Position numbers and translations under genes: made by a program. A model generated the notes under the pieces. That model was not told the DNA's origin, did not search any database, and saw only the letters and a program-made list of their open reading frames with translations. Source: Candidatus Woesearchaeota archaeon (lineage in GTDB: Archaea; Nanobdellota; Nanobdellia; Pacearchaeales; GW2011-AR1). From it: DNA of 35,852 nt. Below are positions 1 through 8,727 of the stretch, piece after piece (the stretch's first letter is position 1; each line of letters opens with the position of its first letter). The stretch is from contig CAZQGH010000003.1 of assembly GCA_964592915.1 (NCBI GenBank), positions 1,629-37,480 on the forward strand. The letters run 5' to 3'.

Positions 1-776
1 AAGTCAGGGAAATTGAATTACCTAAATGTTTTTCTAGTGAAATTAGAGAAGATATAGTCCAAAAAGCTTTAGAAACAGAAAAAGAATTTCATCCTTATTC
101 AAATTATTTTAATGCAGGAAACCAGTATTCCGCTTCAGGAAAAGTTAGACATCAGAGACATAAATGGAAAACTGCTTATGGAAGAGGTATTTCAAGAATT
201 CCAAGAAAAGTTATGTGGAGAAGAGGTTCCCAATTTTACTGGATTGGAGCAACAGTCCCAGGAACAAGAGGCGGAAGAAAAGCGCATCCTCCAAAGGGAA
301 TTAAAAAACAAAAAAGAATAAATAAAAAAGAATATTTTATTGCATTAAATTCTGCAATAACAGCAACTGCAAAACCAGAATTATTGCAAAAAAAATACTC
401 GACATTGCAAGATAAAAAAATAGAGATTTCCACTCCCTTAATTATTGATTCAAGCTTTTTTAGTGGAAAAACAAAAAGTTTCCTGGAATCTATGAAAAAA
501 ATACTTAATGAATTATATGATATAGCAATACCTAAAAAAGTGAAAAGAAGCAGTAAAGCAAGTATGAGGGGCAGAAAATTCAAAAAAACTGCAGGAGCAG
601 TTTTAGTGATTGGCAAGAATGAAAACCCAAAAATTTCAAACATGGAAATTGTCAGAACAAACGAATTATTAGTAAGTGATTTGGCAAAAGGTGGGATTGG
701 AAGATTGGCCATATATACTGAACAAGCTGTTAAAGAACTAGAAAAATTAGATGGAGGAAAAAATGGAACTGATTAA
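1..776 (+). CDS. rpl4: 50S ribosomal protein uL4, 5'-truncated by window edge
   Basis: Frame is open from nt 3 (VREIELPKCFSSEIREDIV...GRGISRIPRK...GTRGGRKAHPPK...LAKGGIGRLAIYT); the track start at 213 is internal; precedes uL23. Confidence 0.95.
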   Translation, partial: VREIELPKCFSSEIREDIVQKALETEKEFHPYSNYFNAGNQYSASGKVRHQRHKWKTAYGRGISRIPRKVMWRRGSQFYWIGATVPGTRGGRKAHPPKGIKKQKRINKKEYFIALNSAITATAKPELLQKKYSTLQDKKIEISTPLIIDSSFFSGKTKSFLESMKKILNELYDIAIPKKVKRSSKASMRGRKFKKTAGAVLVIGKNENPKISNMEIVRTNELLVSDLAKGGIGRLAIYTEQAVKELEKLDGGKNGTD

Positions 777-1008
777 ACCTGTAACAACTGAAAAAGCTGT
801 AAAGATGATAGAGATAGAAAATACTTTACTGTTTGTTGTTAGTGAAAAAGCAAATAAAACAGAAATCAAAAATAAATTTGAAAAGCTTTTTAATGTTAAA
901 GTGGAGAAAGTTAATACTTTCATAAGAAAAAATAAAAAATATGCTTATATCAAGCTGGATAAAAAAAACCCTGCCATTGATGTAGCAACTAAATTAGGAA
1001 TGATATAA
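763..1008 (+). CDS. rpl23: 50S ribosomal protein uL23
   Basis: PVTTEKA...ENTLLFVV...KYAYIKL...ATKLGMI; ATG 763 follows GGAGG at 753-757 (751 is an alternative start). Confidence 0.95.
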   Translation: MELIKPVTTEKAVKMIEIENTLLFVVSEKANKTEIKNKFEKLFNVKVEKVNTFIRKNKKYAYIKLDKKNPAIDVATKLGMI

Positions 1009-1035
1009 AAATGGAAATAGGAAATTTTCGATAAA

Positions 1036-1743
1036 ATGGGAAAGAGAATAATTCAACAAAGACGTGGAAGAGGAACTCATCAGTATAAAGCTAGAAAGAA
1101 AGCTTTTAAAAATAAAGTGGGGTATCCCGAGATTAAAGAAGGAGAAGGAGAAATTTTAAAAATTTTTAAATCTGGAGGGCATTCTGCTCCTTTAGTAAAA
1201 ATCAAAGCTGGAAAAAGAATTTTTATCAATATTGCATGCGAAGGTTTGACAGAAGGGCAAAAAATTAAGTTGGGTGATGGAAAAAATCGGGGGGACATTT
1301 TAATGCTGAAAAACGCTGAAATTGGAAATCAGATATATAATATAGAAAACTCTCCAAGAGATGGAGGAAAACTAGTGAGAACGGCAGGTTCATCAGGAAT
1401 AGTAATGAAAAAAGGAGATAAAATAAGAGTTAAACTTGCGTCAGGAAAAGAAGTTGATTTTGACCCTGAATGCAGAGCTACATTGGGTGTTGTTGCTGCG
1501 GGAGGAAGAAAAGACAAGCCCTTTGTAAAAGCTGGAAAGAAATTTTATGACCGAAAAGCAAAAGGAAAATTATGGCCAAGAACCTCAGCTGTAAAGATGA
1601 ATGCAGTTGACCATCCATTTGGATGCGGAAGAGGCAAAAACGTTAGTCACGGACAAAAAGGTAAAACTCCAAAGAAAAATGCTCCTGCTGGAGCAAAAGT
1701 AGGTTCATTAAGACCAAGAAGAAGCGGGAGGAAAAAACGATAA
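1036..1743 (+). CDS. rpl2: 50S ribosomal protein uL2
   Basis: MGKRIIQQRRGRG, GGKLVRTAG, MNAVDHPFG motifs. Confidence 0.97.
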   Translation: MGKRIIQQRRGRGTHQYKARKKAFKNKVGYPEIKEGEGEILKIFKSGGHSAPLVKIKAGKRIFINIACEGLTEGQKIKLGDGKNRGDILMLKNAEIGNQIYNIENSPRDGGKLVRTAGSSGIVMKKGDKIRVKLASGKEVDFDPECRATLGVVAAGGRKDKPFVKAGKKFYDRKAKGKLWPRTSAVKMNAVDHPFGCGRGKNVSHGQKGKTPKKNAPAGAKVGSLRPRRSGRKKR

Positions 1744-1745
1744 AA

Positions 1746-2138
1746 ATGGAAAAGAAAAAAGAATTCACATATAGAGGCAAGACAGTAGAAGAATTGCAAA
1801 AAATGGATACTCGTGAGTTTGCCAAATTATTAAAAAGCAGAGCAAGAAGAGCTGTGTTAAGACAATTTGACAAAATTGAAAGATTTGTCAAAAGAAGCCA
1901 GAATAAAATAGATAAAGGAAAACCAATCAAGACTCATTACAGAGATATGGTTATTGTTCCTGATATGGTTGGAATGAGAATAGGAGTTCATAATGGTCAC
2001 GAATTTGTTAATGTTCAGATAACTGGAGAAATGTTAGGACGTAAATTAGGAGAATTTTCAGTTACAAGGAAAAAAATTGAACACGGAGCACCTGGTATCG
2101 GAGCTACAAAAAGCTCAGCTGCTCTATCGGTAAAATAA
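1746..2138 (+). CDS. rps19: 30S ribosomal protein uS19
   Basis: FTYRGKT, KTHYRDM, HNG, LGEFSVTRK, HGAPGIGATKSS. Confidence 0.97.
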   Translation: MEKKKEFTYRGKTVEELQKMDTREFAKLLKSRARRAVLRQFDKIERFVKRSQNKIDKGKPIKTHYRDMVIVPDMVGMRIGVHNGHEFVNVQITGEMLGRKLGEFSVTRKKIEHGAPGIGATKSSAALSVK

Positions 2139-2139
2139 A

Positions 2140-3021
2140 ATGGCAGAAGAAGACACAAAACAAGGAAAAAAGCAAAAAGAAAAGAAAGAAGATAAAAAAG
2201 CAGATGGAGCTAAGCAGGAAACAAAATCTGATGAAAGACAAGAGAATGAAACTAAAAGCAAACAAGAAGGAAAGGAAAAACCAGATAAGGAGGAAAAGAA
2301 AACAGGAAAAACAGGTAAACAACAAGAAAAGAAAGCTGATGAGAAAAATAAAAAACAAGAAGAAAAGAAAACAGAAAAGCCAGATACTAAACAGAAGAAA
2401 AAGCAAGAACCAAGAATAATAAAAAAAACAGAAGCAGTTGTAAACGGGCAAAATGTAAGAATATCAACAAAAAACTCAATTGCAATCTGCAGATTTATAA
2501 AAAATAAAAATATTGACAAAGCAATTCAGATGTTAGAACAAGTCAAGCAAAAGAAAAAAGCAGTTCCAATGAATCAGGAGGTTCCTCATAGAAAAGGAAT
2601 TGAAAGAGGAAGATTTCCATATAATGCTTCAGATGAATTTATTAAATTATTAAAAAGTTTAAGAGCTAATGCTTTACAATCTGGAGTAGACATTGATAAT
2701 TCCAAGATTATTGAAGCTATAGCAAATATTGGAAATCGCCCTTACAGAAGGTTTGGAACTCAGAGAAGAAAAAGAACCCATATTACAATAAAATTAAAAG
2801 AATTGACACCTAAACAAAGCAAGAAAGAAAAAGAAAAGCAAGAGAAAAAAGAAAAAGGAGAAAAGAAAACTGAAGAGAAGGGAAAAACAGAAAAACCAGA
2901 TAAAAAACAAGGGACAAAGGCTGAGGAAAGCAAAGAAGGGGAGAAAAAGGAGAATAAAAAAGAAGAAAAGAAAGAAACAAAAAAACAGGAAGAAAAGAAA
3001 GCTAAGGAGGATAAAAAATAA
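2140..3021 (+). CDS. rpl22: 50S ribosomal protein uL22 with long Lys/Glu-rich N- and C-terminal extensions
   Basis: Core RISTKNS...GRFP...RTHITIKL; operon position between uS19 and uS3. Confidence 0.93.
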   Translation: MAEEDTKQGKKQKEKKEDKKADGAKQETKSDERQENETKSKQEGKEKPDKEEKKTGKTGKQQEKKADEKNKKQEEKKTEKPDTKQKKKQEPRIIKKTEAVVNGQNVRISTKNSIAICRFIKNKNIDKAIQMLEQVKQKKKAVPMNQEVPHRKGIERGRFPYNASDEFIKLLKSLRANALQSGVDIDNSKIIEAIANIGNRPYRRFGTQRRKRTHITIKLKELTPKQSKKEKEKQEKKEKGEKKTEEKGKTEKPDKKQGTKAEESKEGEKKENKKEEKKETKKQEEKKAKEDKK

Positions 3022-3024
3022 TGG
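2998..3024 (+). repeat. 27-bp exact repeat, copy 1 (SD + TAATG stop/start junction of uL22/uS3)
   Basis: aaagctaaggaggataaaaaataatgg, identical to 3693-3719. Confidence 0.9.
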
Positions 3025-3716
3025 AAGAGAGAAAATTTGTTGAATTTAAAAAAGATGAAAGAGAAATGAGAGAATTTGTAAAAAGAAATTTAGGAAAAGG
3101 AAGAATAAGTGATGTTATAGTTGAATACACCCCTGTAGGTGAAAAAATAGTTGTTTCAACTAACAAACCTGGGATAGTTATAGGAAGAAAAGGAGAAAGA
3201 ATTGATGAATTGACAAGAACACTAAAAAAGAGATTTAAACTGGAAAATCCTCATATTGAAATACAGGAGATAACAAAACCCAACTTTGATGCTCAGTTAG
3301 TAGCAGATGATATTGCTATTGGATTGGAAAGATTAGGAAATTTAAAATTTAAAGTTATAGCATACAAAACACTACAAAAAATCATGGATTCTGGAGCAAT
3401 GGGTGCTGAAATAGTATTAGCTGGTAGATTGCCAAGCGAAAGAAGCAGAACATGGAGATTTGCATCAGGTTATTTAAAAAAAACTGGAGGGCAGTCAGAT
3501 GTTGTTGACAGAGCAGAAGCAAAAGCAGTTACACAATCAGGAACAGTGGGAATAAAAGTTAGCATCTTGTCTCCTGATACAGAATTGCAAGACAGAGTTG
3601 AAGTTAATCAGGAAATGATAGATAAAATTAAACTGAACAAAACTAAAATAAAAGAAGAAAATAAGGATAAGAAAAAATCAAACTCAAAGAAAAAAGCTAA
3701 GGAGGATAAAAAATAA
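3021..3716 (+). CDS. rps3: 30S ribosomal protein uS3
   Basis: KH motif PGIVIGRKG, GAMGAEIVLAGRL, GYLKKTG, GTVGIKV. Confidence 0.97.
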   Translation: MEERKFVEFKKDEREMREFVKRNLGKGRISDVIVEYTPVGEKIVVSTNKPGIVIGRKGERIDELTRTLKKRFKLENPHIEIQEITKPNFDAQLVADDIAIGLERLGNLKFKVIAYKTLQKIMDSGAMGAEIVLAGRLPSERSRTWRFASGYLKKTGGQSDVVDRAEAKAVTQSGTVGIKVSILSPDTELQDRVEVNQEMIDKIKLNKTKIKEENKDKKKSNSKKKAKEDKK

Positions 3717-3719
3717 TGG
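3693..3719 (+). repeat. 27-bp exact repeat, copy 2 (uS3/uL29 junction)
   Basis: Identical to 2998-3024. Confidence 0.9.
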
Positions 3720-3895
3720 CTGTTTTAAAAACAAAAGAAATAAAAAACCTTAATAAGAAACAAATAGATGATAAAATATCAGAATTACAGCTAGAGTTAT
3801 TAAAATCTCAAGGAATGGGAACTAAATCAAAAATAAAGACTAAGGAAATTAAAAAAGCAATTGCAAGATTGTTAATGCTTAAGGAAAAGAAATAA
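3716..3895 (+). CDS. rpl29: 50S ribosomal protein uL29 (59 aa, not in ORF track)
   Basis: Hand translation [30 protein letters not shown]...[17 protein letters not shown]; TAATG overlap with uS3; canonical position. Confidence 0.93.
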   Translation: MAVLKTKEIKNLNKKQIDDKISELQLELLKSQGMGTKSKIKTKEIKKAIARLLMLKEKK

Positions 3896-3896
3896 G

Positions 3897-4196
3897 ATGG
3901 ATATATGTCCAAAATGTGGCTTGCCAAAACAAGCCTGTGTTTGTGAAGAAATAGCAAAAAGTGAACAGAGAATTAAAATATCAACTACAAAGAGAAGATA
4001 CGGAAAGATAACAACCCTAATTAATGGGTTGCAGAAAGATATTGACATAAAGCAGATAGCCAAGGATTTAAAAAGTAAGTTGGCATGCGGAGGGACAGTA
4101 AAAGACCAAACAATTGAACTTCAGGGAGATCACACAAAAAAAATTAAACCTTTGCTGGTTGAACTTGGATTTCCTGAAGAAACTATTGAAGATTAA
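3897..4196 (+). CDS. sui1: Translation initiation factor aIF1/SUI1
   Basis: [38 protein letters not shown]. Confidence 0.96.
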   Translation: MDICPKCGLPKQACVCEEIAKSEQRIKISTTKRRYGKITTLINGLQKDIDIKQIAKDLKSKLACGGTVKDQTIELQGDHTKKIKPLLVELGFPEETIED

Positions 4197-4218
4197 ACAA
4201 AACACAAAAACAAATAAA

Positions 4219-4569
4219 ATGGAGAAAGAAGTCAAACAAAGACAGGAGAATGCAAAACTAGATGGAACCTCATGCAATGATGAGTTATGTCCTTTTCATG
4301 GGAATCTTAGTTTGAGAGGAAGAAGACTAGAAGGCTTTGTAACTAAGAAATTTCAGAAGAGAGTTGTTGTTGAATACGAGAGAGTTGTTAAAGTCAAAAA
4401 ATATGAAAGATACTTGAAAAAAAATATAAAACTCCATGCAAGAGTTCCAGAATGTCTAAGAAAAGAAATTGAAATAGGAGATTATGTTGAAGTCAAAGAA
4501 AGCCGACCATTAAGCAAAATAATCAACTTTGTTGTTACGAAAAAAATTTATGGAGAAGATAAAAAATGA
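4219..4569 (+). CDS. rps17: 30S ribosomal protein uS17
   Basis: CNDELCPFHGNLSLRGR, KYERY, SRPLSK; ATG 4219 preferred to the track's TTG 4114, which overlaps SUI1. Confidence 0.95.
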   Translation: MEKEVKQRQENAKLDGTSCNDELCPFHGNLSLRGRRLEGFVTKKFQKRVVVEYERVVKVKKYERYLKKNIKLHARVPECLRKEIEIGDYVEVKESRPLSKIINFVVTKKIYGEDKK

Positions 4570-4967
4570 AAGCAATATCATCAAGAACTACAAAAGGATT
4601 GAATTTGGGAGCAAAATTAGTAGCTGCGGACAACAGCGGAGCTAGAATTGTTAGATTAGTAGGGGTGAAAAGAGCAAAAACAAAAAAAGGACGGCAAGTA
4701 GCGGCAAAAGTAGCTGACTGGGTTAAAGTTTCAGTAAGAAAAGGAAATCCTGAAATGAAGGGAGAAGTGTTTGATGCTGTTTTAGTGAGGCAAAAAAAGC
4801 CATGGAGAAGAAATACCGGAGAAAGAATATGCTTTACAGATAATGCAGTTGCATTATTAAAAGACGAAAAAGGAAATCCTAAAGGGACTCAGATTAAAGG
4901 TCCTATTCCAAGAGAGATTATGGAGAGGTGGAAACAAGTAGCTAAATTAGCCTCGGTTGTGGTATAA
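4566..4967 (+). CDS. rpl14: 50S ribosomal protein uL14
   Basis: ADNSGAR, VRKGNP, DNAV, PKGTQIKGPIPRE. Confidence 0.97.
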   Translation: MKAISSRTTKGLNLGAKLVAADNSGARIVRLVGVKRAKTKKGRQVAAKVADWVKVSVRKGNPEMKGEVFDAVLVRQKKPWRRNTGERICFTDNAVALLKDEKGNPKGTQIKGPIPREIMERWKQVAKLASVVV

Positions 4968-4987
4968 TAATAAATAAATCAAATAAA

Positions 4988-5527
4988 ATGAAAAAACAAT
5001 TTTCAGTTAAGTGGAAAGGAAGCAAGAAGAAGAGAAAACAAAAGAAATTTGTAGCTAATGCTCCTTTACATATAAAACATAAATTATTATCATCTCACTT
5101 ATCAAAATCATTAAGGGGAAAATACAACAGGAGAAGTTTTCCAGTAAGAAAAGGAGATACTATAAAGATAATGCGAGGGAGATTTAAAGGAAAAAAAGGC
5201 AAAATATCCGAAGTTCAATTAAAAAATCTAAGAGTGAGTGTGGAAGGGATACAAATTACAAAAAAAGACGGAACAAAGATAAACTTCTTTTTAAGACCTT
5301 CAAATTTACAAATAGAAGAAATGAACTTAGATGATAAAAAAAGATTAAATGCATTAAACAGAAAAGAAGGAGTTAAAGCTGAAAAACAGGAGGAAAAAGA
5401 ACAAAAAAATGTGGAAGAAGGGAAAACAAATAAAAAAGAAAAAAGTAAAGAAGGTGAAGTGAAAAAGAAAACAAAATCAAAAACTAAATCAAATAAAAGC
5501 AATAAAAATGCATCTAAAAAGAAATAA
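4988..5527 (+). CDS. rpl24: 50S ribosomal protein uL24 with Lys/Glu-rich tail
   Basis: NAPLH, PVRKGDTIKIMRGRFKG (KOW), PSNL. Confidence 0.96.
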   Translation: MKKQFSVKWKGSKKKRKQKKFVANAPLHIKHKLLSSHLSKSLRGKYNRRSFPVRKGDTIKIMRGRFKGKKGKISEVQLKNLRVSVEGIQITKKDGTKINFFLRPSNLQIEEMNLDDKKRLNALNRKEGVKAEKQEEKEQKNVEEGKTNKKEKSKEGEVKKKTKSKTKSNKSNKNASKKK

Positions 5528-6131
5528 AGTAGATAAAAAATGGCCAATACCAAGAAAAGGAACTAAATATGTAGTTAGCCCTAAAGGTAATTTTGAGATT
5601 GGAATTCCTTTACTGATTGTATTAAGAGATATGTTAAAACTTGGGAAAAACAGAAAAGAAGTTAAAAAGATATTAAATCAGGGTTTTATTGAAGTGAATA
5701 ACAGAGTAAGGAAAGATGAAAAATTCCCTGTTTTAATGTTTGATTTGATTAGTGTGGATAAGGAGAAAACTTACAGATTGATTGTTAAGAATAAAAAATT
5801 TGCTTTAAATGAAGAAAAGAGCAATGAAAAAATAAGCAAAGTTTTAGGCAAGACTATATTGAAAAATAATAAGACTCAAATAAACTTGTTCGGAGGATTA
5901 AATTATATCACAGATAAAAAAATTAGGGTTGGGGATTCAGTTGTGATTGATTTCGCAAAAAACGAAATTTCCAAAGTTATTCCTCTAGAAAAAGGAAAAG
6001 AAATAATAGTTATTAGAGGAAAGCACATCTGTGAAACAGGAAAAATTAAAGAAACAGAAGAACAGATAGCAGAAGTTATTTTAGAAGAAAAACAAATTGA
6101 AATCTCACTTGAAGATTTAATGGCAATATGA
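5508..6131 (+). CDS. rps4e: 30S ribosomal protein eS4
   Basis: MHLKR...WPIPRK, PLLIVLRDML, IRGKH; archaeal-type position. Confidence 0.95.
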   Translation: MHLKRNKVDKKWPIPRKGTKYVVSPKGNFEIGIPLLIVLRDMLKLGKNRKEVKKILNQGFIEVNNRVRKDEKFPVLMFDLISVDKEKTYRLIVKNKKFALNEEKSNEKISKVLGKTILKNNKTQINLFGGLNYITDKKIRVGDSVVIDFAKNEISKVIPLEKGKEIIVIRGKHICETGKIKETEEQIAEVILEEKQIEISLEDLMAI

Positions 6132-6676
6132 AAACAAAAATGGCAGAAGAAAAGAAAAACCAAACACAGGCAAAACAGAATTTGATGTTAGAAATTGAAA
6201 TAGAAAAAGTTGTTCTTAGCTGCGGCGCTATAGGAGATGAACTAGAAAAATCAATGAAGTTGCTGGAATTATTATCCAATAAAAAGCCAATTAAAACCCG
6301 GGCAAAAAAAAGGATTCCTTCTTTTAATATAAGGCCCGGATTAGAGATAGGATGTATGGTTACCTTGAGAGGTAAAGAAGGGAAAGAAATTTTGAAAAAA
6401 TTACTAGCTTCAGTTGATAATTCATTAAAAAGAAAAAAAATAAGGGAAAATCATTTTTCATTTGGAATCCCTGAATATATTGAAATTCCTGGAATGGAAT
6501 TTCAGAGAGATATAGGGATAATCGGATTGAATGTTACAGTTGTTTTTTCAAGAAAAGGAAAAAGAGTAGAAAAAAGAAAAATTAAAACGGCTAAACTTCC
6601 TAAAAAGCAAAAAGTTTCTCAGGAAGAAATAGTTGAATATATGAAAAAAAATTATAATTTGGAGGTTGAAGGATAA
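6128..6676 (+). CDS. rpl5: 50S ribosomal protein uL5
   Basis: IEKVVL, IGCMVTLRG, FSFGIPEYIEIPG, IGIIGL. Confidence 0.97.
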   Translation: MKTKMAEEKKNQTQAKQNLMLEIEIEKVVLSCGAIGDELEKSMKLLELLSNKKPIKTRAKKRIPSFNIRPGLEIGCMVTLRGKEGKEILKKLLASVDNSLKRKKIRENHFSFGIPEYIEIPGMEFQRDIGIIGLNVTVVFSRKGKRVEKRKIKTAKLPKKQKVSQEEIVEYMKKNYNLEVEG

Positions 6677-6843
6677 TGAAAATTAAAAATTTCCATGCCC
6701 AAGAAAATCAAAGCTTTTCTGGTCCAGAAAACCAAAGGAAAAATGAAAGGGTTTTCTTGGCATTTAAATTTCAAAGAAATAAACAAAGAAATTCAAACAT
6801 TATGGAAACTAAATTTTATGGAGATAAAAATGACCGCAAGTGA
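6676..6843 (+). CDS. Possible 55-aa ORF spanning the hairpin insert between uL5 and uS14
   Basis: TAATG coupling to the uL5 stop, open frame MKIKNFHAQENQSFSGPENQ...YGDKNDRK; no family recognised; may not be a functional protein. Confidence 0.35.
   Translation: MKIKNFHAQENQSFSGPENQRKNERVFLAFKFQRNKQRNSNIMETKFYGDKNDRK
6695..6763. repeat. ATGCC-initiated nested inverted-repeat element
   Basis: atgcccaagaaaa...ttttcttggcat outer arms with internal agaaaa/ttttct and ccagaaaacc/ggttttcttgg pairings. Confidence 0.7.
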
Positions 6844-7060
6844 TTGGAGAAAAATTTTAAATCAGTTAAAAAGCAAACCAGCAGTTATGAAGAAATTCTT
6901 AAAACATAACAAGCCAAAAGACAGAGATTTTGGTGTTGCTGCACAAAAATGTCAGAGATGCGGAAGATTTGGAGCTCATATAAACCAATATAATCTGCAT
7001 TTATGCAGACATTGCTTTAGAGAGATTGCAGAAGAGATTGGATTTAAAAAATATTCATAG
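6830..7060 (+). CDS. rps14: 30S ribosomal protein uS14 (Zn-binding)
   Basis: CQRCGR...LCRHCFRE...GFKKYS; ATG 6830 follows GGAGA; the track start at 6695 lies in the hairpin element. Confidence 0.94.
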   Translation: MTASDWRKILNQLKSKPAVMKKFLKHNKPKDRDFGVAAQKCQRCGRFGAHINQYNLHLCRHCFREIAEEIGFKKYS

Positions 7061-7069
7061 GATAATAAA

Positions 7070-7447
7070 ATGTCACAAGATATAGTTGCTGATGCCTTAA
7101 ACATGATAATGAACGCCCAAAGAGCTGGGAAAAAGTCAGTTGTGCTAATTAGATATTCAACTCTATTATTCAAAATATTTGATTTGATGAAAGATGATGA
7201 GTTGATTGACTATAAAATAGACAAGAAAAACAAAAATGCTGAAGTCTCTTTATTAAAAATTAATAAATGCAAGGCTATAAAACCCCGTTTCAATGTAAAA
7301 TCTGATGAAATTGAAAAATATATAAGAAGATTTTTGCCAGCCAGGGGAGTTGGAGTTGTTGTAGTATCAACAAGTAAAGGACTTATGAGGCATGATAATG
7401 CTATTAAAGAAAATTTAGGAGGAAGCTTAATTGCTTATTATTTCTGA
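7070..7447 (+). CDS. rps8: 30S ribosomal protein uS8
   Basis: DIVADAL, IKPRF, FLPARGVG, STSKGLM, GGSLIAY. Confidence 0.97.
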   Translation: MSQDIVADALNMIMNAQRAGKKSVVLIRYSTLLFKIFDLMKDDELIDYKIDKKNKNAEVSLLKINKCKAIKPRFNVKSDEIEKYIRRFLPARGVGVVVVSTSKGLMRHDNAIKENLGGSLIAYYF

Positions 7448-7986
7448 TGAAAAAAAATATAACTGAAGAAATTGAAATTCCTGAAGGAACAAATGTAGAT
7501 GTAGATGGAAGAGCAGTTATTTGCAAAAAAGATAATCTGGAAAATAAAAGAATCTTTGAAAATCATTTTGAGATTAAAAAGCAAGAAAATAAAATAGTGC
7601 TAAATGCAAAAAAAGCTACAAAAAATGAGAAAAAGATGATTATGACTGTTTCTGCACATATAAAAAATATGCTTAAAGGATTAAATGAAAAGTTTGTCTA
7701 TGAATTGCAAGTTGGCTCAGTTCATTTTCCAATGAACCTCAAAATTGAGAATAATGTTTTATCAATTGGTAATTTTTTGGGTGAAACAAAACCCAGAAAA
7801 GTTAAATTAAGGGAAAATGTAGATGTTAAAATTGAGAAAGACATTATTAAAGTGTCTTCTCATGACATAGAATTAGCTGGAATGACTGCTGCAGAAATAG
7901 AAAGAGCAACTAAGATTAGGCATAAAGACAGGAGAGTTTTTCAAGATGGAATTTTCATAACAAAAAAACCAGGAGAAGGAGAATAA
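7447..7986 (+). CDS. rpl6: 50S ribosomal protein uL6
   Basis: HIKNMLKG, HFPM, NFLGE, DRRVFQDGIFI. Confidence 0.97.
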   Translation: MKKNITEEIEIPEGTNVDVDGRAVICKKDNLENKRIFENHFEIKKQENKIVLNAKKATKNEKKMIMTVSAHIKNMLKGLNEKFVYELQVGSVHFPMNLKIENNVLSIGNFLGETKPRKVKLRENVDVKIEKDIIKVSSHDIELAGMTAAEIERATKIRHKDRRVFQDGIFITKKPGEGE

Positions 7987-8339
7987 TGGCTAGAAAATTT
8001 AAAAACTTTGTAAGGAGAGGATGGTATAGATATTCAAAGTTGGGAAAAGGCAGAAGAAAAAAGCAAAAATGGAGGAAACCCAAAGGAAGAGATAACGTTA
8101 TGAGAGAAAAAAGAAAAAGCAGAGGAAAAGTAGTTTCAATAGGTTATAAAACTCCTTATAAAAAAAGAACTCCGGTAGTTCACAACTTAAAAGAACTAAA
8201 AAAAGGACTGGGAGAAGTTATTTTTGCTGCAAAGACTGGAAAAAAGAAAAGAGCAGAAATGGCGGAAAAAGCAAAAAAGTTAGGAATCAAAGTCAAAAAT
8301 TTAAATTTGAACAAAAAACAAAATGAATCTAAGAAATAA
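7986..8339 (+). CDS. rpl32e: 50S ribosomal protein eL32
   Basis: WRKPKGRDN, SIGYKTP, VHNLKEL. Confidence 0.95.
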   Translation: MARKFKNFVRRGWYRYSKLGKGRRKKQKWRKPKGRDNVMREKRKSRGKVVSIGYKTPYKKRTPVVHNLKELKKGLGEVIFAAKTGKKKRAEMAEKAKKLGIKVKNLNLNKKQNESKK

Positions 8340-8727
8340 AAAAATCTTGGCAGGTAAAGTATTTGATGTTGGAATTAGCAGGATTAGTTTTAATCCTCAG
8401 AGATTGGATGAAATAAAAGAAGCAATAACTCGGCAGGATTTTAAAGATTTAGAAAAAGATGGAGCTATTGAGATTTTAGAAATTAAGGGGAGAAGAAGCT
8501 CGCCAAAAAAGAGAGCAAGAAAAGGACCAGGCTCAAAGAAGAAAACAATCAAAACGAGAAAACAAGATTATGTTAAAATCACAAGAAAGCTGAGAAATTA
8601 TATTAAAGAACTGAAAAAGCAGGAAAAAATTACTAATGAACAATATGCTCGAATAAGGAAAAAAATCAGGGCAAGAGATTTTAAAAGTAAATCACAACTT
8701 AAAGAATATTTGGAAGAGAAAAGATGA
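8323..8727 (+). CDS. rpl19e: 50S ribosomal protein eL19
   Basis: MNLRNKKILAGKV, EAITRQD, RKGPGSKK. Confidence 0.95.
   Translation: MNLRNKKILAGKVFDVGISRISFNPQRLDEIKEAITRQDFKDLEKDGAIEILEIKGRRSSPKKRARKGPGSKKKTIKTRKQDYVKITRKLRNYIKELKKQEKITNEQYARIRKKIRARDFKSKSQLKEYLEEKR

Noticed and set aside
2104-2519. Phe/Leu/Ser-rich minus-strand ORFs (also 236-712, 5215-5553, 9153-9485, 11031-11351)
   Set aside because: Antisense shadows of A-rich ribosomal-protein genes.
6695-6829. 45-aa N-terminal extension of uS14 as given in the track
   Set aside because: It derives from the inserted hairpin region; an SD-preceded ATG at 6830 gives a more typical uS14.
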